Assembly: GCF_016433145.1 (NCBI RefSeq)
Contig: NC_058133.1
Span: 520,915,806 to 520,979,805, forward strand
DNA: 64,000 nucleotides
Reading direction: 5' to 3'
From: Gracilinanus agilis
Taxonomy: Eukaryota
Position 1 is the stretch's first letter. Every line of letters begins with the position of its first letter. Below are positions 47,051-59,660 of this stretch, piece after piece. The notes beneath the pieces were generated by a model. That model saw nothing but the letters and a program-made list of their open reading frames with translations, searched no databases and had not been told where the DNA came from. Made by a program: the position numbers and the translations under genes.

Positions 47051-47803
47051 CGGCTCGTCTGAAACTGGAACTGAAGTAGATGCTCAAAGAGTGGAGAACG
47101 GTGAAACCAATCGTGGTCCATTCATGGAAAAAGAATATTGCTATGCCCCAGTGATGACTACAGTGAACGGGGGAAACTTGGAAAGGCTTCAATGGGTCAG
47201 GGAGGCTGCAGTAAGTTTGTAGAGGAAAGAGAGAAGGGCCAAGACAACAACCAAAATAAAGTGGAAATAACCGCCAAATCGCTTCACCAAGAAGTTAAAA
47301 TTTTGAAATGACAAAGAACAGGTACGGTGGAAAAGAAGGGAGGTGAGGCGACAGCACCCCACTCTTCTACAGAGGCCAGAAGGCCACCAGTGTAGACTGC
47401 TGCCCCTAGGCCTCCGGGATCTTTAGAGGCTAATTCCTTCAGCCAATGGTTTCTCTACTTCCCCTTTTTCCTTCATTCCTTCCCTTTCTTTTCTTAAATT
47501 TCTTGTTCCCTGGATTGGCTCTTTAGGAAGGGAGAAGGGAGAGGGGAGAAGGGAGAAGGGAGAGGGGAGAGGGGAAATCTCATCGACATAAAACCCAATG
47601 CCATCAGGAAGGATTCTTTTTTAAAAAGAAAGAAACTTTAACAAATATTTCACAGGCTGGAGGAGAAAGATGGTGGCTAAGACTCAAGTAACAGCAGGAC
47701 CTGAAGACCATCTCGGTCTGCAAGTGTGAGAAGGCCAGCCTGGTGGGGCCAATGCAGAAGCCCTCCCCTAACGAGACAAGGCCAACCCTGTTCATCGAAG
47801 TAC

Positions 47804-47899
47804 CTTTTTGATGGCACTGATCTGTTCTCTCCGCTCTTGTTCCCATTTCTGCTGCTGTTCGTCCAACTTTTCTTTCATCTCTTTGCGTGTGGCCTCCAC
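47804..47899 (-). CDS. PCNT: Pericentrin exon (VEATRKEMKEKLDEQQQKWEQERREQISAIKK)
   Basis: cttgtttctag| acceptor, AAG|gtactt donor, 96 nt, phase 0-0, coiled-coil composition. Confidence 0.9.
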
Positions 47900-48002
47900 C
47901 TAGAAACAAGATGAAGGAGAAGGAGGCCAGGCCTCTTTTCCACAAACTCCGCCCACAGCCCCTGGAAGGGGGCACCGATGCCCAGGGGGCCCTGCTGCCT
48001 AC

Positions 48003-50234
48003 CTCTTTCTGGTGCTCTCTCCTCAGTTCTGCTCTCTCCTGTTCATGCTGATGTTGCATCTGACTCATCTGCTTTTCATGGTAGCTGCTCAGCTCAGACG
48101 GGACGTCCTCGAGAGCACAAGTGGCTTTCTGCACCTCCTCCTGGAGCAGCCACTCCAGCTCGACCTGAGCATTTTTCAAGGAAATGGTTTGCTGAACTGG
48201 GCTATTTTCTGTTGATAGGAAACCAGATTCTTGTACCTTTCTTTTAGCATCAAGTTTCTGATCCTCTGAAAGGACAGATGTCGATTTTCCAGCCAATGCT
48301 ACTTTTTCATGGCCCCGTCCTTTTTCCAAGCATTTAATTTTCTCGATCAGTTCAAGTATGTTTTCCTCAAGGTTTTCCCTATCTTTCGTGAATTTTTCTT
48401 CCAAAGTATTTTTTTCTTTGACAACTTGCCTCAACAGGTTTTCCTTAATGGTCATCTCAGCCTTCAAGGTCTCCACCTCCTGCAGCAGAGATTCTTCCAG
48501 AGTGATTTTCTGACTCGGACACCCAGCAGGCATGTGGCTTCTGGCTTTGTGGACGTGGAGCTGGCCTGGTGGTCTATTCTCCTCCTGGCTGCACAGAGCC
48601 TCGAGACCCACTGAGGCAGAGGCCATTTTCCTTGATCGTACCCCCTCTTCCTTCTGGGAGACTTCAGCCATCACATGGCAATGAGGCTGGTGAGTGACTG
48701 AGGCCCAACCTCCTAAATCTGTGATGCCACCAGCTGTGGCCCCGGGTTGGGAATGTTCCTCTCCTTTCAGCCTCGGCACAATCTCGTCACAGGACAATGA
48801 ACCTCCCCCCTCTTGGCTCAGTCCGTTCGGAAGCCTGTGTGCACCCTCCCAACACTTCTCCTCAGCCACCTCCTCCTTCACTTCCTGGGAGAAATTCTTT
48901 AGTGCCAATTCCTTCTCCCTAAGTAGATGACTTAACTTCACACATCTCTGCATCAAGTAAGCCTTGTCTTTATCCATTAACTCAAGGATCTCACTTAAGT
49001 GATCTGGAGAAAAGCCAGAGGGGTCCGTCCATGGGGCAGCATATGAGTCTACTTGCACAGAATTTCCTTCAAACAAAACATTCGAATCTATGTTTCCATC
49101 AAAGCCAATAATGAGCTCATCTGATAGGAAGTCCAGACTCTCTCGCTCAGATTTTCTCTGTAAAGCAGTTTCTAGATCAAAATGGTCAGGTGCCTCAGAC
49201 ATACTCGACTGATCTTGTACAGTAGAGACCAGATATTTTTCCATCAAGTCCCTGGTTTCCTCCATCCTCAATTCCTCTGATGACACTTCGTCATCGAGAG
49301 TCCCAACTTCAATCTGGTCATCCTCCTGGTTTTGAAAACTTGGGTTTTCTTCTTCAGATTTTAAACAGCACCTTTGGAGAACATCTCGGCATTCCACTTC
49401 ATGGCAAACTGACTCTCTTGGCCTGAGGCATAACTTCCTTGGCATTTCCTCAAGTTCTGCTTTCTGGGCCTCAGAAAGACCCAGTAATTTTCTCTCCTCC
49501 CAGCTCCCCTGTCCCAGTGTCATGTCATCCTTCAGTCGTAGCTGTCCACTCTTTTCTGTTTCTTGCAGCAACTTCTCATTCGATTCCTGGCCATGGAAGT
49601 TGAGTAAGTTTTGTATCTCGTCGTCAACCTTGGCGTCCAAAGCTTCCTCCACGATTTGCTCTGCAGAAGGAGGTTTTCTTTTCTTGTGCTCATCATTCTC
49701 CATGTGCTCTGCTCCATGTCTTTCCTCCTGTAAAGTCGCCCTGTGGCTCTCGGGCATGGCACACAAGCCATTTCTACACTCAGCCAACTCCAGGAATTGA
49801 CTACCGAAATCGATGCCAAGTCCACCGAGGCTCTGCTGCTCGCTGCCTCTCGGGCCTGTCACTGGGGAGGTTCCCAGCCTGGCCGGCCCACTGGCACTCC
49901 AGGATTTCCCATCCGTGTCTCCATAAGCCTTTGCCTCTGCGACGCCCAGCTCACCCCCCAGGTTCTGCAGCAGTGGCCCACAAACCTCTCTCGGGGAAGG
50001 TGCTTGGGACTCCTCCACGCAGTCTCGCTTTTCCTGTTTTAACTCGAGGATTTCGAAAGTCTTCACAGAAAAGGTATGTTGGGATGAAGCTCCAGCGTTG
50101 TTGGCGAGGCCTAACTGGTCTTGGAGGCTGCCGATTGGCCCTTCCTTCTCTCTGACCCCCTGTGACAGCTGCTGACTGACACTTTTCCCATGTTCTTCCA
50201 TCCAGGCAAACGCAGCCTCTCTCTCTTTGATGGT
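48003..50234 (-). CDS. PCNT: Pericentrin giant exon, 744 codons (TIKEREAAFAWMEEHG...ELRREHQKE), acidic with coiled-coil patches
   Basis: Core of the 865-aa ORF 47604-50201. Acceptor ttttatttttaag|ACC, donor GAG|gtaggc, 2232 nt, no stops, phase 0-0. Confidence 0.92.
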
Positions 50235-50360
50235 CTTAAAAATAAAATGTTAGATATCAACAAAGAAGCAAACTTCATGACCCGATATCATGCCACCATC
50301 ACATTACAAGTTACTTAAAAGCAAAGTGATAATGTCGGTTTTTTATAAATCCAAAGTGAA

Positions 50361-50540
50361 GGGGGCAGCCACGTGGTTAGTGGCTTAAAAACCAGGCCTC
50401 GGGAGGTCCTCGGTTCAAACCTGGTCTCAGACACTTCCCAGCCGGGTCAACCCCGACAAGTCACTTGACCCCCAAAGCCTAGCCCTTACCACTATGCTGC
50501 CTGGAACCAATACACAGCACTAATTCTAAGAAAGAAGGTC
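50361..50540 (+). mobile_element. SINE (older copy)
   Basis: ggggcagcc head, B-box, cttacc...ggaaccaatac tail. Confidence 0.8.
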
Positions 50541-51077
50541 ATCCAAAGGAGTAACAAGCACACCAGGGTCACCAGGGAAATTATCTCCAATTATGCAAGC
50601 TGATAAGGACAATTGGAGTAAATGGTTTCTAAAGGGCCTGAGGCCATCTTGGTCCAGACAAGGTCCTTTTACTTCCAATGGGTCACAACCAAAGAACTGG
50701 TCCTGTTCTGAAAAGGAATAGGCCTCTGGCCAATTTGGAGGGGCCCCAAGGAGGATAAATCAAACGCGCCCAGGTGGGCCGCTTCTCAGATCTACAGAGG
50801 GGTAAGTGACCCTGCTCCTCCAGAATCCAAGTAACTAGGACGTCATATTTGGGGCGAGGGTGGACCCCTACAATTCCATCAGCCCAGCAGGGGCCAGGCA
50901 TCTTCTATTCTGAGAAGGGCAGCCCTCAGCATGGGGAGCTTTGGGGACTGGGAAGTCCAGGGAGGTCCTTCTGATTCCCAGTCATTAGAGTCACTGAGAA
51001 AGTCTCTTAAAGAGAACATCATGTCCACTTGAGGCACGCTCTCAGGCAGGCTCTCGGGGGACTAAACACTCTCTCAC

Positions 51078-51227
51078 CTTCTGTGATGATGCTGGCAGCT
51101 TTTCCAGATCCCATCCCTGTAGGGGAGGGTTTGGCTCTCCAGGGCCCGGCAGAGAGGCCGCTGCCTGGGGCTGGCTGTGGGACAAGCATCCTTTGGCTGG
51201 CATCTTGCTCTTCAGGAGCTCACTATT
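51078..51227 (-). CDS. PCNT: Pericentrin exon (NSELLKSKMP...DLEKLPASSQK)
   Basis: cacttcatgttcag| acceptor, AAG|gtgaga donor, 150 nt, phase 0-0. Sits where the AKAP9-like exon order predicts one; sequence divergent. Confidence 0.65.
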
Positions 51228-52399
51228 CTGAACATGAAGTGATTGGCCTGTGAGCTCCCACAGGAAGAAGGTCCTTGGGTGCCTCCCCTTCCCCTTCCCA
51301 CCTCCCCACGAGGTCCTCACAGACTCTCAGGAAGTGCAGGCCAAGAAGTGCTGCCCATGAGGTCAGACTGATGGCACACACATTGGTTAAGGCAAAGAAA
51401 ACAATTCACTTTACTTGGAGCAGAAGGCAGGTTCCCTCCCCCTAGCTTGGCACCTGGCTCACTTTGCGCCCACCCTTCCCACATGCGCCCGCCTATCCTG
51501 TCTCTCGCCCTGTGCTCTCAGGTTCTAGAATCCTCCGTTCCTCTAACTCCTGTCTCTCCCCTTATAGAGGGGTCACTCCTGGGACATCCCTGGGCCTCAA
51601 AGTCTTGGGCAACTTCCCTCTCTGATCCCAGGTTTCCAGCCCATCACCTCTCAAAACTGAGAGCAGGAAAGGGCCGCAAAGGACACCTTGTCCAACCCAC
51701 AGCCCAAAGGAAACATTAGTCGAATACTGACCGTAACGGGCCCTCCCAAAGCCTCTGTCTGAAGACATCCAAAGCGTCACAACTGACTAAGAACGAACGA
51801 TCATTAGTGGTGCTTCTAGAGTGCCTTCACACACACGATCTCATTTAATACTCAAATACCCTGGATTTGTGGGCTAAGACTGTTCCCATTTTACAGAGGA
51901 GGGAACTGAGCCAGAGGTGAAATGCTGTGTCCAGGGTCACACAGCTAGCTAGGAAGGGTCTAAGAACAGGGTCAACTCTGTAGCCCCTGCATCCCCATGT
52001 GTGCCTTCCAACTCCAAATGCGGGACTACGCCTATGTCCTTGGCTCCCTAGGCTTCCCCACCCATGTGTTCCTCAGCCGCAGGGCTTTCTAGGTCTAGAG
52101 CTGGAAGAAATCCTGGAGGCCATCTAGTCCAGCCCCCGAGCCCCAGGGTCACGCTGCAGGGGATTGCCTCTCTTCTTATCATCTGGCCTCCGCCTCTCCT
52201 AGACTGCTCCAAGAACTTCTCCAAGGCCAGTCAGACACTCCATTATCCAGGCTCTTTGGTCCATGACAGGGGACAACTGAACAGTGTTTGGTGCTCTCTC
52301 CTCCCTCAGTTTCTATGGCTGCACACTCGCTCAGGGCTCTCCTGCTGCTCTGACTTCTTCTTTGTCTCTGGAAAAGTCCCAGCATCCTCTTATCCCAGA

Positions 52400-53015
52400 G
52401 GCACTGGGCTTCCTGGAGGTTCGGCCCTGGACGATTCCTCCCAATAAACCTCCATTCTATCTCAGCACCCCTTCACTCGGATGGATCCTTCCACCTGGGG
52501 GTTCCCTCCACTGGCTCCACAAACTCACGCTTGGTGAAAACCGACCTTATCCTCTTCAGCAGGTGCTCCCTCCCAGGCCTCAAACCCCCATCCCTGAGCC
52601 CAGAGCCAGCTTCATGATCCCTTTCCATAGCCCAGGACTCAGGGCCAGCCCCATTTTTGATTCTTCTTCTCCCTCCCCCAGAGGCACCAGCCTCCTTGCT
52701 GATTCTCCACTCTCTCCTCCATGGGCACCGTCACAGGCTGTCTGTCTTCCATGGCTGGTGGACTCTCTTCTCTCCACCTCTTGGCTCTCTGGGCCCCCTT
52801 CAGGACTCAGCTCAAGTCCCATCTTCTGCCAGAAGCCTTCCCAATTGGCCTCAATGCCACTGGCTGAGACGGCTGCCAGTTCTCCCTGCATATCTCCCCC
52901 GTGCCTACTTGTTTGCAGCTTGTCTCTCGCGTTAGAACGTGAGCTCCTTAACAGCAGCCATGGTTTCTGTCCTCCTTTGTATCTGGCGCCCATTAAGCAT
53001 TTAATAAAAGGCTAC
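52400..53015 (+). mobile_element. L2 LINE 3' fragment
   Basis: Ends gttagaacgtgagctcctt...gcatttaataaa, the L2 terminus. Confidence 0.65.
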
Positions 53016-54518
53016 TGAGGCAACCAAGGGACCCAGTGGACAGAGTGCTGGCCCTGGAGCCAGGAAAACCTGAATTCAAATCTGGTCTCAGACACTGACT
53101 AGCTGTATGACCTGGGACAAGTCACTTAACCTCTGTCTGAGCTTCCTCCTTTATAAAATAGGGATTTCTGGGTCACACCGGCAATGACATTTTTTCCGAT
53201 CCCCATGACAGCTCAACCCTCTCCAAAACAGAAATCGTGTGCCAAAAAGAAATGGCTCTTCAGCCATCTGTCTCACTCACCACCTTGCTGGCATGGCAGT
53301 GAGGCTGCCCACCAGCACCAAACCCCACACCCTAGTCCACCCTTCCTTCCTCCAGGCGATGGAAGCCTAATTAGGCCCTGACAGACACACAGACAACCCC
53401 ACAGCGATCAGTCCTGTGCCACGCCAGCATGGCTCTCCTCTGAAATGCAGGTGGCCAGCCAGAGAACTGAGGAATGGAGGGAATAAGGCAAAGGGGAAGA
53501 GTTTAGCATCCAGCTGGGGTCCCTTCTGGCCACCCAAAAGGCCCCAGTGGCAGCTGAACCACGAATTGTCTAGTGGGGGAAGACGCTGAGACACTTTGAG
53601 ATCCAGCCCTCAAGGAAATGACAGTCAGAGAAGAGAGTCAGAAAGTGAGCCAAGAGGGGAAATAAGGAGAAAAAACGCTGAAAATCCCCGAGAGCCGGAA
53701 AATACGTAGCTAAGCCAAAAGGGCAAACAGTACCAACGGAAGGAACGAGGCACACCAGGCCTAGGCAACAGCCTGAAGTCCCCAAGAATAAATGCTGCCC
53801 CTAAAGGGAAATGTTCCACTCAGTCCTTGAGGAGGCAGAAGACCTCACAGGCTCCAAGAACGAGGAGCCACAGCACACTGTTCCTAAGTGGTGAAGTAAA
53901 AGAGAACTGAGGCACATGAGGGCCATACGGCCAAAATGAGGGGCCAAACAGAAACCCTGCAATGTGCGAAAGCGAGCCCCATCAGGAAACAAGGAGCAAC
54001 GGACTGGGCGTGCGAACGACAAAGAGTGGAGGAAAAACAAGAACTGGGGAAAAAAATCTGCTCACTCTGCAAAGCGAACGTCCAGATCGTAGAGGCCGGC
54101 TGAGGATCGGCGGGGGCTCAGAAGAACACGGCAGGACGCAAAGACTGGAAGCCATACTGAGGGAAATGAGAGACGACTGATGACGGCCCAGGCCTTCTGA
54201 ACACAGAAAATGGCATTTCAGTGGAGGGGATTCACAGATCCCCTCCAAAAAGACACAGGGCTGCCAAGTCCAAGGCACAGAGAGGTCAAGTTTAGTTATT
54301 CAGTTCAGAAACAAGCACTGCAAGTCATCAGGAGAAAGCCTTCAAATTCAAAGGAAATGACATCCAAACAAGGCAAGACTATTGCACCCCTGCCCCCCCC
54401 CCAAAATGGCAGGAGGAATGGAGTCATGTGTTCTGAAGAGCTCCAGGACTTGGGTGCAACCTGCACTGACCGAGCCTGCAGATCTGAGCTTTACCACAAA
54501 TGAAAAAGAGACAGTCAA

Positions 54519-54727
54519 GGGGCAGCTGAGTAGTTCAGTGGATTGAAAGTCGGGCCTAGAGACGGGAGGTCCTGGGTTCAAATCCAGCCTCAGACACTTC
54601 CCAGCTGTGTGACCCTGGGCAAGTCACTTGACCCCCATTGCCCACCCTTACCACTCTTCTGCCTAGGAGCCAATACACAGAAGTTAAGGGTTTATAAAAA
54701 AAAAAAAGAGAGAGAGAGAGAGAGAGG
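54519..54727 (+). mobile_element. Young SINE with an A/(AG)n tail
   Basis: TSD gacagtcaa (54510-54518, 54728-54736). Confidence 0.92.
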
Positions 54728-55339
54728 GACAGTCAATAATTAAGACATGTCGGAAGCATTCTTAGAAGAAAAACCAGAAGCAGAGAGATGATCTGCTTCT
54801 CAAATGCCCAAATAAATGCAATAAAGGAAGAGTGAATAAATGGTGTGGTCTGGGAAAGGGACAGGAGGTGACACTCCTAGGAAAACAGGAAGGCATGACA
54901 GAGAAAAGATTTTGAGAAAAAAGGGCAATGGGGGAAGGTACAGATGACTGGTAGGAGAGGGGCCCTCCCATGGGGCAGTATTCTCTGGGACATCTATAAT
55001 AATCTGCATCATGAGGCAGGCGGGAACAGAAACTACCTAGAGGGAAGAGCCCAAGAGGGACGCCATGGAAGTTCTGATGTCCTGAGGGAGGCAGGCAATA
55101 GAGACTAGTGCATTAAGGGGATCACCTATTAGAAAATGAGTGTCTCAAGACAAGTTCCCAGAAATCCGACTTTTAAAACAACGAACAGAATGAACATTAA
55201 GACAACTCTTGGGCACCAGCTGGCACTCATCAGAAGTGACAAATGCTCTTTACATCTTGTGTGTGCGTGCGTGTGTATCCTATTCCAACATGGCAGATAT
55301 GGAAATATGTTTGTATGACTTCACAAGGATAATCAGAAT

Positions 55340-55510
55340 CATATTGCTTCAGGATTGAGAGCCAGGCCCAGAGACAGGATGTCCTGGGTTCAAATCTGAC
55401 CTCAGACAATTCCTAGCTATGTGACCCTGGACACGCGGCCCTTACTCTTCTGCCTTGGAGCCAATATACAGTATTGATTCTAAAATGGAAAGTGAGGGAT
55501 TAAAACAAGG
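55340..55510 (+). mobile_element. SINE, partial
   Basis: ggattgagagccaggcc...ggttcaaatctgacctcagac...ggagccaatatacag. Confidence 0.8.
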
Positions 55511-55573
55511 AAAAAATCAAAACTGTTCCTCCATAGCAGAGGACAGACTTCAAATAGCTTATGAGCAAATTAC

Positions 55574-55723
55574 CTCTTGTAACTGCTGTTGTAACCCTTG
55601 AATCTGATTGGCCAAGAGTAGCACTTCCTGCTGGTCATCCTCGTGGTTTTGCCTCACCAGCTGAAGGTTATTGGTCAGTTGGACAATGATCCTGTCTCTT
55701 TCCTGGACTGCCATCTCTAATTC
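55574..55723 (-). CDS. PCNT: Pericentrin exon (ELEMAVQERDRIIVQLTNNLQLVRQNHEDDQQEVLLLANQIQGLQQQLQE); not in the supplied ORF track
   Basis: ttggtag| acceptor, GAG|gtaatt donor, 150 nt, phase 0-0. Clear similarity to recalled AKAP9 EFEAAIKQRDGIITQLTANLQQARREKDE. Confidence 0.9.
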
Positions 55724-55992
55724 CTACCAAGGGGGCCAATACACAACATCAAAGCTCTTTCTCATTTTGAAAAAGCCCACTCGGCATTGTACACATTGAG
55801 TGACCAAAGAGACAGTCTACAAGGGTCAGAAGGAAAGCACTGACTGTGCCCTGCGTGGGGGGAGCCCCTCACAGAAGGCCCCAGGGTCCACCTGGACACC
55901 CGGCACCAAGTACGAGGTGTCTGTCTGAACCCACCCCTTTGTGGCCCCTTTTGGCCTCTTTCTGGTATGCTATTGCTATTTATCTGGATGAG

Positions 55993-56123
55993 NNNNNNNN
56001 NNNNNNNNNNNNNNNNNNNNNNNNNNNNNNNNNNNNNNNNNNNNNNNNNNNNNNNNNNNNNNNNNNNNNNNNNNNNNNNNNNNNNNNNNNNNNNNNNNNN
56101 NNNNNNNNNNNNNNNNNNNNNNN
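55993..56123. other. Assembly gap (N run)
   Basis: Read directly. Confidence 0.99.
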
Positions 56124-58965
56124 GCCGTGAGCTGGGGGTGGGGGCAGAGCTCAGTGACCTGGCCGGCATCCCTCGGCTCTCTTTGCCCTCCGATTTCTAC
56201 CTCAGGGCACACTTGGGGGCTAATGGATCAGCCTCTTCTACTCAGCTTCACTTCCCTAACGAGCAGAGATCAGAGGCCTCAGAGATTTGTCACCTGACAC
56301 CTGTGTGCACTTGGAAAATCATCCACTTCCCCACTCTGCTCAGTTTCCCCAGCTGTCGGATGTGGAGTTTGGACAAGTCACAGCACCACGAGAGCGACCC
56401 ATGATGGGCCCAAAGCCTCCATGAAGCCTTCCCTCTTTGAGTGTCCCTAGTGCCCTATGGTGGTACGTTTGCCTTGGGTCTTGGGGAGCTTGCACGCACC
56501 CCCCAAGTCTGGGGTTGATATGCTTCCTGTGAGGATGGAGCCGAGGAAATCAATCCATCAAATTCCCTGAGGTCTCTCTAAAAGCTCTGGCCCCCCCGGA
56601 GGGCTCAGCTTCTCAGTCACCCCAACACAGACTGTGGCCCAGGTTTTCCCCGCAGAGGGAGCAACGTGGCCTTGCATCATCCACTCCAGTCTGGTTCTCG
56701 TATCGGACTGCACAGGCCTTAGGCTAGGGAGGGAGGCCTCCCTGCAGACCCTTAGGATTGGCCAGGCCCCACTCCTCAGGCTGTGTGCGAAGGGGAGCTC
56801 AGGGTGGCCGATCAGAGCACCGGCTGGATTCTCACAGCTGCCTGTGCTCAATCCAGAAGCTCAGAAACTCTACACTGTGATTTTGGCCCCTGGACCCTGT
56901 GCCTTGTTTCTGATGGACAATACGATAGCCTAAACCAGGAGAATACACAATTTCTCATGGTTCCCCCTAACCCACCCATTCTTTGGTTGAGGGCATCCTA
57001 GTTCTCCCAGACCACAGCTGTGGAATCCCCTCCAACTCCTCCCTCACCCTCCATGCCCAACCTCCTTGTCTCCCCTCAGAGGAGCCTGCTTCAGGCCCCA
57101 ACCAGCTCCAGCCTGATCCCTCCAAGACCGCCCCACTCCAGGCCGGCCTCCATTCGGTTACTCGGGTGATTTTTCTAAAAAGGCAGGTCTGCCTCGATTG
57201 CCTCTAGACCCAAGCAGAAACTCTCTTGGGAATTTAAAGGTCTTCCTAGCCGGCCTTCCTCTCTAGGAGTGACTCGATGCTGCAATCAGGACCTTCCTGA
57301 AGCTTCTCCTTTTGCCTGTGCGTAGCCGCCCCACCTCTACCCCTCCATGCCCAGATTATTCTATACCCTCCCTGCACAGCTTGGTGTTTCCCTCCCACCT
57401 CCCCCAGGTACCTCTGCTCATGCCTTCCCTCATCAGCCTACCAGCACAGACCCAGTATCTCTCTGTCTACTTTGTACCTGGTTCCCCTCTTAGACTCTGA
57501 GCTCCACAACCAAAAGGCTGTTTTCTGCCTTCCTTAGCACGGTCCCTGGCACACCATCAGCACTAAATAGGTGCACAGTGACCAAATGCACCATCAAACC
57601 TCCTCAACAACCAAGCCCTGGTTCATCATTCCTGGGGCGGGATCAGATAAGCACTAGTCAGATCTGGCTGCAGGTCTTCAGGCTCCTGCCCCAGGGAGCT
57701 CTGCTGGACCCCGGATGAGGGCGTAGCAAGGAATGCTCCTCCCTACATCTACGGACACAGGACACCAAGCTGAGAGCAAGCGAGGGAGTCAGCCCGCAGA
57801 GGGGTGACGAGTCAGGACCCAGAAGGATCATGGCAGGCTGAATGGAATACGAAAGTCACCAGGGGCACGAGTAGCGTCTTGCAATCAGACACAAAAAATC
57901 AAGTGTTGCAGGAGGAGGCACAGGCAGAGAGCCACTGGGAAACGGACGTGGGGGGTTCACTGGGCTCTACGAGGTCATGGGCACCTTTAAGGGAGGTTCC
58001 AAGGACAAGGAAACCAGGGTTACACTGACCTGAGCCCTTACCCACCCTGGATGGTATCCTGGAATACCGTGGGCAGTTCTGGGCACCAGGATCTAAGAAG
58101 GACCCTGATAAGCAGTATTGTCCAGAGGAAGACAACCAGAGCACAATAAGGAAGGGCCTTGGGGCCCAGTGGAACGAAGTGGGACTGTTTAGCCTAGAGA
58201 AGGCTCAAAGGAGACCTCGGAGCTGGCTTCAAATATTCTAGGGGCTACGTACCAAGTCAGGGCCTGGGGAGGAGGGTCTAGACTCGGGAACAGTGGGCTT
58301 ATGCTAGGACAAACTCCCAACAATGAGAGCTGTCCCAAAGTGGAAGGGGCTGCTCCAGAGTTGGTGGGCTACTGCTTTTGAGGGGCTCTTTAAGCAAAGG
58401 CTAGGAAACCACTTGTTGGACATGTTCCATTGAAGATTCCTTGGGAGAAAGGATGCACCAGATGGCCTCTAGGGGGTTTTCCAATTCTCGGATTCTGCAT
58501 CTTTGGATTTTTATTAATAATTGCTTTAAAGTTTGTGAACATTATTTTTTTTTTCAGATCACTCAAATCTGCAGAATGGGTGATAGGGGGCTCTACTCAA
58601 AAGCCTTAAAAGCTTAGGCATACATGCTGCTGTCTAGCATGAGCTCACCCCTATTACTGCTGAACAGTCTGAAGTGAGATTAATATGGTTTTTAATGAAA
58701 AACGCTGCTGAAGGTTTAATGGTTTTTTAAAATCTTAGAAACATCAAATTTCAGGGTATTTCTTTTCTTTAACTTTTTGGGTTTTTTTCTCCCAATCCCA
58801 TGTGATTCATCCAGGGAAAAGGAAACATTCATTGTAGGGATAAGGCCTAGTGACCATTTTGGTAGGAGCTGTGGCCATACCTTCTGAACAGAGAAGAAAG
58901 TTCCCGTCCCCACTCTCCTCAGCACTGTCAACCGGCTCCATGTTCAAAAGGAGATTTCTCAGTGC

Positions 58966-59660
58966 TGTGTAAATGAGATTAGCTCTGGCCCATTCATAGT
59001 CAAAACTCTACTTACCCTCGGCATCTAGAGGATATCATCCCCACCTCCCTCAAAGAAAGGGAGGGGAGATGAGTGATCTCCACGTGACAACAAGTATCAA
59101 ATCAAGAACAAGGGACGGCCCTTCGGGCCGTCCAAATCAGTGTAGAGGCTGCCATTGGTCCACTTGAATTAGAGGTGGACCCACGGGAAGTGAAAAAAAA
59201 AAAAGCTGTCTCTTTAAATTCGTGAGTTACAACCTGGTAAAGTTAGTTGAGGAGTGGAAGGAGTTCAGGAGTTTCGGCTTTGGACTTGGGGCTGAAGGTT
59301 CTCGGCTGAGACCTCAGGCAGCTTCTACTCTGAATGGTCACGTGGGTAAGTCAGGCTGACTTCTTGGGCCTACCTTGGCGTTTCCAAACTCTGCCTTAAG
59401 TAGGCTTCTAGCCTCTCTGATTGCTGAGGTCTTGTGGCTTGTAGCCTAGTTTAATTAGCCTTTTAACCTTCTCTCAGAGGCCTGGACCAGCCTCTCCCTC
59501 TCTCTAATTACTTACATCTACCTTCCTAATTGTAAATAAACTACCTTAAACTGGATGCTGACTTGGGTCTATTTTATTTACAGAATCCATCAGAATGGTT
59601 GATTCCTGGCGGCCACACCTTAAATATATATCTATAAAGACCCCAAATCTCCCTCTTACA
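58966..59660 (+). mobile_element. Solo LTR (695 bp), class I-type, related to 33918-34628
   Basis: TG...CA ends, 4-bp TSD GTGC (58962-58965, 59661-59664), AATAAA near 59535, shared 3' end tggc..ccacac...ccctcttaca. Confidence 0.93.

Noticed and set aside
47604-48002. Continuation of the 865-aa ORF past the giant exon
   Set aside because: A strong donor at 48002 and a well-formed next exon in another frame explain it as intron read-through.
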